A stretch of DNA of 64,000 nt from Dimorphilus gyrociliatus (taxonomy: Eukaryota; Animalia; Annelida), in NCBI GenBank assembly GCA_904063045.1, contig CAJFCJ010000006.1:1527601-1591600 (forward strand), given 5' to 3'. A program made the translations under genes and the position numbers. Positions 1 to 10,700 of this stretch are shown piece by piece (the first letter of the stretch is position 1; each line of letters opens with the position of its first letter). The notes under the pieces are model-generated. The model was not told the origin of the DNA. It saw only the letters and a list, made by a program, of their open reading frames with translations, and searched no databases.

Positions 1-435
1 CAATTCAGTTAATGTTGATAATGATGAAAATCTAGGCAAAGACGTTATATAATTACTAGAAAATGCCAATTTTTTTATATTTGGAAGGTATTTTAACCAC
101 GATGTATTAATTTTCTTTAAACTACAGCCCTTTAGGTTTAATGTCTTCAAATATCTCATACCGCAAAATGATCCAGGGACCAATTGAATATTAGGATTAT
201 TCGATAAATCTAAATATTCTATATTATCTAATTTGCAATTAGTATCAAAATTTTGTAGATTTGATCCAGAAAAATCTAGGTCATTATAGCCTTTTGGAAT
301 ATTTAAAATTGCATATTCACTTTTGCAGGTAACTCGACGATTTTCACAAATACATTTTGCTGGACATTGATCGTCCGCTTGGTTGATTGGAAACAGCAAA
401 AACACAGCAATAGAGAATAACCAAAAGATTTTCAT
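1..435 (-). CDS. Secreted/membrane leucine-rich-repeat protein, 5' part (ORF runs off the left edge, so absent from the ORF track)
   Basis: ATG at 435 opens 145 stop-free codons to base 1: hydrophobic signal MKIFWLFSIAVFLLFPINQA, LRRNT cap CPAKCICENRRVTC, LRR units LDNIEYLDLSNN, MRYLKTLNLKGC, LPNIKKLAFSSNYITSLP. Probable 47-nt 5'UTR intron 512-558 (GTAAGT...TAG). Confidence 0.85.
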   Translation of the reverse strand, partial: MKIFWLFSIAVFLLFPINQADDQCPAKCICENRRVTCKSEYAILNIPKGYNDLDFSGSNLQNFDTNCKLDNIEYLDLSNNPNIQLVPGSFCGMRYLKTLNLKGCSLKKINTSWLKYLPNIKKLAFSSNYITSLPRFSSLSTLTEL

Positions 436-870
436 TATCCAATATTGTCAGTCTATCATCAATGATCATATAGGATTCATTTTGAACAAATGATTCAGTT
501 TTTAAAAGTATCTATATAAAATTCTCATGCCATAACAATGTTTTCACACAAGACTTACCATTCACACAGCGTTCAATATGATCTCTGCTTGTTGCTATGA
601 GAAACTAGGCCTCTCATACACACATATACTACTGCGTTATTAATTAAGCCTATGTTTAAAAAAAAATGATGTACGTGTGTTGTTTGAGAATTAAAGAAAA
701 ATAATAAAATATCTAAACAGGACAGTTTTTATTCGACTATTAAATAAACTCTATTTATAGCTTATATATACATATATATATAAATTTATACAGTATATAC
801 CTTTCTTAATATATACTGTATACACATCCTATAACATGGCTTATTTTGTAAGAAGATAAGGAAAGGAAAA

Positions 871-907
871 GAGAAAGAGCGAGAGAGAGAGAGAGAGAGG
901 GAGAGAA
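871..907. repeat. (GA)n microsatellite in the filamin 3'UTR region
   Basis: gagaaagagcgagagagagagagagagagggagagaa read directly. Confidence 0.9.
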
Positions 908-1769
908 ACAGACAGGGATATTATCAAATACGACAAATGGAACGTTTCCTATTTTATTCCCTATTCAATTATCCAAAGTTCTCTTAGATAATCAAAAAAA
1001 AATTTAATCAAAGTAACAAACTTTCTTTTTGCTGTTTTTGAGTAGTTTGTCTACAAGTTTGCATTGTAAAAAATAGATTTGCTCTCTCTCCCTCTTTCTC
1101 TTTGGTAAAAAATTCGCATAAACTTTCAAACTTACTTTTCTCTATAATAAAATAATGTAAAAAGTAAAAGAAACAGCAAAATTTGATTCCATTTAGCATT
1201 CAAAAGAAATAAGGGTAAATTAACATCGCTTATTGACGTTAACAAATGATAATGACTCTCGATGATAGCTTTAATTTGTCTTTTCTTTTTTTAAGTGCTC
1301 TCATTAGACAATAATAGCTATTATAGTACTGTCAATATTTTTTTTTTATTGAACTAGAAAGGTAGATTTTACTGTTAATAAAACAGTTTTAACTTGAGAG
1401 TGGAAGAGGAGATTGATAGAAATGAAATAGTCTAATATTAAATGATTTGTCGAGTAAAAAGTGTTTATTCGAAGCATTATTATGCATACAGAAAAAACCG
1501 CAAAAAAAAGGAAATTAAAGCAGAAAATGAGCGTTCTCTCAATTATAGCTAAAAATCACTTTGTTTTCTTGTTCTAAATTCTCAAAAAACGATAATATTT
1601 CCTTCTTTGTTTTCTTTCAGACTTGTTAGACATTAATAAGGCAGTTGACTTAACTGAAAAAGGATGGTGGAAGCGCAAATTGCAGGTCAGAACCCAAAAA
1701 TAAACAAATAAACGTCAGAATAAACAATGGCACCAAAAAAAAACAGAAAAAAACGAAAGTGAAAAGTTT

Positions 1770-4700
1770 CTAAACATGCACATTGAAAGGACTACCAGGA
1801 ACGTGCTTATCGCCCCATAAAACGGCCAAAGTATAATCTCCGGGCTCTATGAGGACGTAACTGACATCATACATATTGCGACCTCTGTGTTGAACGACAA
1901 TTTTCTCGCAAGGACAAACAGGACCGTGTACACCGACCAAGAGCATGTTATTACCAGCTTGGGAGGCGTCAACTACAAAATTTGATGGAACATTTCGGCC
2001 TGCTTTGGATAAGCCAGGACCAGAGCATCGAACAGCTGAAGCATCCGATACAACAGGTGCAGAATAGCGTTGTGTACTACTACTCTTGGTCACCGTTTCG
2101 ACGACCACCTCTGAACTGTCCTGGAAACGACCTCTTTGTGGACCTGGACCTTCGACCTTTGCCAAGAAAGGAGAACCAGGAACATGTGTATTTCCAGCGT
2201 ATTTGATCGTTATGAGATAATCACCAGGGGCGGTAGGTGTATAAGTAAACTCGTAGCCATCGGCTACTTCCCGGCAGTTAAGTTGAACTTTGCTTGGACC
2301 GTCGACTGTGACGGCCAATGCTCCTGAACCAGCGTTCAGAGTATTGACGATGAACTTTGAAGGTTCGCAAGTGCGACCTCTTTGGAGGCCTTCTCCATAT
2401 GCTCTTACACGACCAGCATCAGCATCTAATTGACCAACAGCTACCTTGTAGGGACTGTCCATCAACGGAGCGTTATTTAAACGAACATGAATGTCGTGAA
2501 CGCCATTCTCGCGGGGTACAAATCGAACAGAATGTCTATTACGCTCTAACTGTTGAACGATTGCCTCTTCTTCAACACCAGCTGGAGATACTACGACTGC
2601 ATCTATTCTTCCGCCGTCCGTGTCTAGATCTATAATAAACTCTGCTGGTTCATTAACCAATAATTGATTTTGTTGTTTTAAATTGGGTCTATGAGCGACA
2701 CCAGGTGCCAATTGAATTTTGAAAGGGGATTCAGGGATGTGTTGATCGTTAAACTTAATGGAGCAGAGATATTCTCCTGGCTCTTCAGCAACGTAAGTTA
2801 CTACGCTTGAACCATCTTTTTTATCTTCGAAGTCAATTTCAGCCTTGCTGGGACCTTCTACGGCTATTGACAGACCACCAGCTCCAGCCTCTCGAGTGTA
2901 AACATTGAATTCATTTCTCTCGCCACAGATTCCTCTCTCGAGACCTCTACCACTAGCTTTAACTTTATGAGAGCCACCGTCGGTTATAGGGCCAACTGTA
3001 AATTGGAAAGGAGAACCTGGTATATGAACTCCACGATTCCTTACGAAAACAGTATGAATGCCCATTTCGGTGGGTACAAATTTAATGCTGTAATGACATG
3101 GAGCTAACTCAACAATATTGCATCTTTCAACGACTCCAGAAGGTGATTCTACATAGGCAGTCATATCAGCCAGATTCGTTGCTGGGATCTTCAAGGATAG
3201 CTCACATTCACTTCCAACATGAGTTACATCAGCTAATTCTCTTTGTCTGGTGATACATTCCATTTGTTGTCCGCTTACGTCACCACCAATGGTAACAAGG
3301 TAAGGACTACCTGGAACATGCTTATCAGCAAATTTAACATTGACTATGTATTTTCCAGGTTCTGTGGGTCTATAAGTTACTCCAATTGTTCCATCGTCGT
3401 TATCCGTACATTCTATATCAGCCTTACTAGGTCCTTCGACTGATAAACTCAAACCACCATATCCAGCTTCTTTCGTATTGATGGTAAACTCATTTAGCTC
3501 ATTTGCCATACCTTCGATTAAACCTCTTCCATAGACTTTCACCTTTGAGGCGTCACTTAAATCACTTTCACCAACATATATTTTAAATGGAGAATTTGCT
3601 ATTGGCTTCTCACTTCCGTCAGGATGACGTTTCAAGACGTGAACTTCGTGTTCACCGACCATTTCGGGTTTAAAAGAGATTCCCAAATGGCCATTTGGTA
3701 AGGACTTCAAGGAACATTGTTTTCGTCTATTGATGGGATCTACTATCTCAGCTCTTAAATTGGAAATATCTGTTTCACTAACTCCTAATGACATTTCATT
3801 AGCACCTAAGGACATTTGAGCTTTTGGTCTTCCTTCTCCTAAAATTTTGGCAGTGAAAGGACCTCCTTCAATTTGTCTTCCAGCAAACTTGATACTGATC
3901 TGATAATCTCCGGGAGCGGTGGGTAGATAGCTAACAGAGCATGTACCATCATTGTTGTCAACACATTTAATTTCAGCTTTGCTTGGCCCTTCAATACCAA
4001 GGGATAAACCACCACCTCCAGCCTCTTTCGTCACGATTGTAAAGCTAGCTAATTCATCAACAATACCATGTGTCAATCCAGGACCATAGGCAGTTATTTT
4101 TCCAGATCCAACGCTAGTCACATAAAACTCAAAAGGCGATCCTTTGATTGGTTTGTTATTATACAGGACATCAAGTTTGTGCAAGCCCTCCTCTGTTGGT
4201 TGATATCTTACGGTAACTGTACCATCTTTATTGTCTTCAATGCGAGGCTTATGGACATCTCTAGATGGAGTATGAACTCTAGCTTCAACAAAGTTAAATA
4301 CTGGACCAACAGGTAAGCAGAAATCAACCGGATGAAAGTATTGTGGTTCAATATTGGCTGCCTATAAAAAGGATAAAAATGAAATTAGCAATTTATTGAG
4401 TTTAGTTTTCTAAATTAAAGTAATCCTCTTGCCATAATGTCATACGAAATTATGCTTTGAGGAGAACTTTTTCCTTTATAAAATTCATCGTTTTTTTTAT
4501 TATAAAGAAGCATGAAAAGGAAGGAAAGAAAACACACGTTTAAAGATTGTAGCTGTTCCGCTTGAACTTGTTCGAATTGATCCATATCCATTACCTATAT
4601 AAAATTGGAAAGGACAAAAAAGAAGCATGGTAGATAAAAGATTAAAGTATATGATTTCGTAATATCATAGAGAAGCACATTCTTAACCCACTTACATTCA

Positions 4701-7700
4701 AAAGTATTTTAATGATGTTTTATATAGAGTATGCATCCGAAATATTTATTCCAGATGCAAAAAATGTTTAATGCCAAATAAAAAGCAACTTTTTAAATAA
4801 CAATAAACGCTTTTTGCTTAAAAAGAAATTATACTTTTGATGCAGTTGTGTTTTCAACAAACTATGAAGGTGCGTGTTTATAAGCAAGGATAAAGCATTG
4901 AAGACCTACCTTCTGGGTTATAACGCCATCAGGTACTGGTTGACCGCCAAATTTAATATTTAGCGTATGTGCTCCTGGAATACGAGGAGTATACATTAAA
5001 CTAACAGTACCATCTTCGTTGTCAACAATATCTAGATCAACATCAGCATCTCCTGTTGTACTTATTCTACAAGTGATAGCACCTTGTCCAGCTTCTCCGG
5101 TATCAATCTTTATTACGCACTCTTGACCAACTGGAATTACTTCCGGAACATTCTTCGGTACACGAACTTTACTTGCATCGCCGATAGGGAAAGCCGGTAC
5201 AATAAATGGAGCCCCAGGAACGTATTGACCTCCATAGCGAACGACAACTTGGTAATTTCCAAGATCTTCTGGTTTATAACTAACCGTATAGGTTCCGTCA
5301 TTGTTGTCATCAATTAAGGGTCTAACATTTCTGCCTGCTGGATCTGTGATAAGAACATCAAGATCGGAGAGTCCAGCATCTCTAGTATCGATAACAAAAG
5401 AGACTGGCAAACTAGCAGGAACACCTCCTCTAGAAACTCCATCTCCCAAGACACGAACTTTAGAAGCATCAAAACTTGGTTGAATAGTTGAGGTAAAAGG
5501 TGATCCAGGTACAGGTTTTCCTCCATAGAGAACGTTTACTTTGGCTGGTCCTTCGCTCAAAGGTACGTAAGTTGCGTCAAAAGTACCATCTCCTCTGCTC
5601 CTAGTTTCAACGGGTCGTCGTTGGCCGTTTGCAAACATAACCTTTAAAGAGAGATGCGTAGATAACTATATCGAATATAATAACCATTGAAAAACTTACC
5701 TCTGCTTCAAGAGGAGCAACTCCAGCATTTGCTGCATCAACAATAAAAGTTACCGGCTCGTTGAATCTACCGCCGTATGGTTCAACACCAGATCCATAGC
5801 ACCTAACTTTCGTTGGATCAACCACATCTGAAATTTTGACATGGAAAGGGCTTCCTGGAACATGAGTTCCTGCATATTTAACTCCAATATCATAGGTTCC
5901 GTGAACAGTTGGTATATAAGTAACTGAGCATGAACCATCTCTATTGTCTTCGCATTGCAATTTTGCCTCAATAGGTCCTTCGATCGATAACCCTAACTGC
6001 CCTTGTCCAGCACCGAGGGTTTCAACAGTGAAGCACTGAGCTTGATTAGTATGGCCTCCTTCTAAACCAGGGCCAAAGGCTTTAACTCTGGTTGGATCGC
6101 AACCTGGAGTTACATTGACTGCAAAAGGGCTTCTTGGTATCTTAATTCCTTCATAGGTCACATCAATCTTATGAGATCCTCTTTCACGGGGCGTATACAA
6201 ACATCTATAATAATGGAAAAGAAGTTATAAAGTGTTCACTATAAGAACATGTGCGTTATATTTATTTACCTATATTGGCCATTAGATTGATTATTTACTA
6301 AGGCTTCAGTTCTCACTCCAGATGGAGAGGTTACAAAGGCTCTGACCTTTCCATCTCCTTTTGATGTAATAGAACGAGCATCGACAGTGAATTCAGTCAT
6401 TGATTCTAGGAAGACGCCTGAAAGGTAATAATAGAATAAAAGTGTGCTAAAAAATTAAGCAATTAGCATAGTTAGATATTTATTGGGAATATGGTCTTTT
6501 AAAAAAACCATTTGTTTCATAAAAAAGCAGGCAACATGCATAAGTTTTCATTCCTTGGATTTATAGAGGAATAACCATAATTGTTAGAATAGGAGGGGAG
6601 AATTAGATAATCCATGAACAAGGGTAATTTTTTAACGAGCATAATTCAGTTCAAGACCGCCCAAAGATATTTATAGCTATCTGTCTGAAATATATTTGGA
6701 TGATAATTCTTTTCAGGCAATTAGTAGAGAAGTCACAGGTAAATGCAGTTTTTAGATTTAAAAAGGAAGAGCGCATTCGCAAAAAAGTAGATATTGACTG
6801 CACTCAAACTATAACAACCAACGATAGACTAACCATCCGGTTGCAAACCGGGACCATAGGCTCTGATTCCACTGACATCAACAATTCTACCGGGATTAAT
6901 TTGTGCAACAAATGGGGCACCCGGTATCTTCTTATCAGCATAAGTTACATCAATAATGTACTCTCCTGGTTCAGTTGGCCAGTAACGAACATCGCAAGTT
7001 CCATCTCCTTTATCAACTGCTTCAATTCTAGCCTCTGATGGCCCCTTTATAATTTTGAGGTTGGGTTTTAGTATTATTTATTCTACATTATTGAGTGTAA
7101 GGATATTTTTTTAATGTTATAAAAGTATCTGTTGTGATTTTTTTAATTAATTAATTATCTTTGATAAATTTTGCTATAGAATTCAAAGTAAAAAATCATA
7201 ATTTTTCTGTAGTTTTCGTCTTTTTAGGATAAAAATAGCTGAATTATAGAAAAACCAAATTCCGACCTTTATTGTTAATCCTAATCCACCAGGACCGGCA
7301 TCTCTTGTATCCAAAGTAAAGTTAGCCGGTTCGTTAGAAGTTCCACCAGCCAAACCGGGTCCGTAGGCTCTAACCTTATTAGGATCTCCGCTAGGAGTTG
7401 TTGGTTGCGCAGCAAGAGCTTCCACAACAAAGGGAGAACCCGGTATATGCTGGCCAGCAAAGAGAACATCCACAACATGATTTCCAGGTTCATAGCATGT
7501 AAATTTAGCGGCACTACCATCAATAGTATCTTCAACATGAGCCGCCATAACTTTTTGCGATGGTGATTTTATATGAACCTGAACGGGTAAGCTTTCTCCA
7601 GGTTTCAAAGGAACTTTACTAGCTCCACTAGTTACTATTTCGAATTCTTTCTCCATTCCGACAGGTACGGCTTTTTGACAAGAATTTTATCTATATAACT

Positions 7701-10700
7701 GGTGCATTTGTTTTGTAAAACGAAATTTGACTAGGAGACCGATGGACTGGGTCACCCCTACCATAGGTTGTGTTTTTGGTTCATAAATAGAATGATCATT
7801 ATCATAAGAACTTTAGAAGTAAACTACTCGAAATATAAGAAAACTTTTTTATACTCACTCTTTTCCAAATCTCTGACTGTCACCTTTGAAACATCAAACG
7901 ATGGTTCAACTCGAATTGCATATGGAGATCTAGGGATTTCTTGACCAGCGAAAAATACTCGACCAGTGTACGTTCCAGAACTTGTGGGTACGAAGTCAAT
8001 TCGGAATTTGTTAGGTCCGTCTTGATAGGTCTCTACAGGTACATCCAAGCCGCATTCGTCAGTTAAGGTCAAAGAAACGTCACCCGGTCCGGCTTCGTTG
8101 CAATCAACATTTAGATGAGTTGGAGTAAAAGTCATAACACTGCCCGGTTGTAAAGCAGGGCCATAGACTTTAACCTTATTTGGATCACTCGATTCTTCAA
8201 CCTACAAAAAGTATATACATCCATATATATACTGATATATACATATATAAATTTTACAAAAATATAAGAAAATACTCACGAGAACTCTATAAGGACTATT
8301 TGGTATTTGGACATTACCATAAGAAATAATAATAGTGTGCTTGACGGATCTTTCTGGCATATAACGACAGAAGAAGGTACCATCTTTGTTATCTCTAACG
8401 TGCAATTGTTTCACAGGTTTCAAATCAGCATCGATGCATGTAACATTTAACTTAGCTCTACCAGCTCGTCTAGTATTGACATTAAATTCAGCCCATTTAT
8501 TTACAGTGTTTCCAGTTTTCTCCAAGCCTGGTCCACTAGCTTCAACGCGACTGGGATCAAAATCTGGAGAGGGTGCAGTACTAAAGGGTACCATATAAGG
8601 TGACTTGGGAATATCTTCGTCATTGCATAATATGTGAACTGCATATTCTCCGAGTTGAGTTGGATAGTAAGTCACATCAGCTGAGCCATCGCGGTTATCA
8701 TCGCAAGATATTTTCGCTTGAGAAGGTCCCTCAATCTGAAATCCAAGTGAACCGGTTTCTCCGTTAGTTTCTACGGTGAATTTTGCTGGGAAATTAACAA
8801 CTCCAGCTTCGAGGCCAGGTCCGTAAGCTCTAATGCGCGATTCTTTGTAGGGTCCAACGTGGACACTAAAAGGACTCTTTGCGATATCTTGTCCACCATA
8901 CTGAATGATTACTTTATAGTCGCCAACATCTTTCGGTTCATAAAAGCATTCAAAGAGATTCGCATCCTTCTTTCGAATTTGGCACGGAACAGGACGTCCG
9001 CCTGGACCCAATACTTCGGCTTTCAGATCAGCAGATCCAGCTAGTTCAGTATGAACTTTAAAATCAGCAATATCACCAACTCTAACACCTTTAGGTTGAA
9101 GACCTCTTCCGGTTGCATAGACTTTCTTTGAATCGATGGCTGTTAATCGTAATTATCACTAGATTATAAAAATTTTTCACAATAGTAATAATACATTCAC
9201 TAATAATACATATTTGCTTTAAATACAAACTTCAACATTTATATAATATATTTACACAGCACTCAAACAGGATGTAGGTCTAATGATCGTTTCCTTCATT
9301 ATACATATCTTATTTTTTAAAGGCAATGATTAAATCACAAAATACTCCCATGTCAAAATGTACGTAATAATATCCATTTATAATTTTTCAATAAATTAGA
9401 TTTTCAATCTTTATTTTGCTTAGAAAGTAATACAAAAATTTCTTAAGGATGACACGAAAAGTTTAGCAATAGACTTTTTTTTTTTTTAAATAAAATCTCC
9501 CTTCTTTTAAAGACATTCTTCGATAGTGGCAATATTCTGAGATTTACTCTCAGTAAACAAAATATGTCTGCTTTTCCATTCATTAGTTCTCAAATTATTG
9601 CTTTTACGTCACCATTAAAACTTTACCGATCGTATTCAAAGAATATAGATCTATTATTATATTCAGGTATAGCCTTATTTTATAATAGAAGAGAGTTTTA
9701 TATCGTCCGATTGGAAGTTTATGATATATCAAAAAAGAAAAAAGAAACAAGTAAATCTTCTTTCACTTTGATATCGGAATGTAAAAAATTCAATTTCCAG
9801 TGAAAGTAATTTACTCTAAATCAATATTATCTGTTTAAATTATGACCTTTTCTGATATTTTGTAGAATTTTTCGCATTACATATAACATTTAAGAAAAAA
9901 AGAACGAGGGATAGAAAACACTGCATCATCACACTTATCACTCACGTTTCGGTACGTATGCGTACTGAACTGGAGGAGCACTCTGAGAAGGTGCTTGCTT
10001 CTGAGCTAAACGGAATTGATACATATTTTTAATGATATGATTATTCCAATATTAATCCAAAAACTGTCTATTCTCTTTTTAGTATTAATAGTCCTTAATT
10101 CAAAAATTCCAAACTGATTATTATTCGTATTTTCTTATTACCAAAATAAAAAGAAAAAAATTATTATTTTCCTATACTACTGAAGATTGCACGCAATGTC
10201 AATATTTGACCCTATATAAAGGCGCTGAAAAAGTAAATAACAAGGGCATGCAGTATTTTTGCAATCGGCTTACGTTTTATCGCCGGTTGTTCAGCGAAAG
10301 GAACGCCACCTTTCGGAGCTAGATGAAAGATTGTAAGGGATTTATTAGTTTTCTTTCTTGTAGAGTTCATAAAAAAAGGTTTTTTCCTTTATGAATTCAT
10401 ATTATAGAATATGAAATTATCATCAACTTTGTTTACAAATCTTAAACTTTTTTCCAAACAAATGGGGATAGCTTTATAAGAATTATGTTAGTAAACAAAG
10501 AAATTGCATAAAAAAGAACCGCAAACTTTGCAACTTGCATCTAATTTAAAATATGTAAAATTATTAAGTATCTATTCATAAAACTCTTATTAACTAAAGA
10601 AATAGTCAACTAATTAATTAATTTCCTATTAAAACAACCCTGTAATCAGCTATCCCCATTAAAATAATTTATCTCTATTTAGAATTAAATTTACTTGACA

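Noticed and set aside
1982-8598. Plus-strand ORFs overlapping filamin (1982, 2136, 2357, 3243, 4068, 5084, 5301, 6700, 8386) and alternative-frame minus ORFs (5314, 5750, 7281)
   Set aside because: Antisense or off-frame shadows of filamin exons; no independent motifs.
9627-9650. 24-nt phase-1 candidate (DLYSLNTI)
   Set aside because: No polypyrimidine tract and intron-like composition; plausible by chance.
10199-10224. Acceptor tttttcag| leading to APLYRVKY* (possible truncating exon)
   Set aside because: No frame-compatible donor or poly(A) evidence; cannot be separated from chance.
10520-10540. 21-nt phase-1 candidate (DASCKVC) in the filamin intron
   Set aside because: Donor GTTCTT is too weak.
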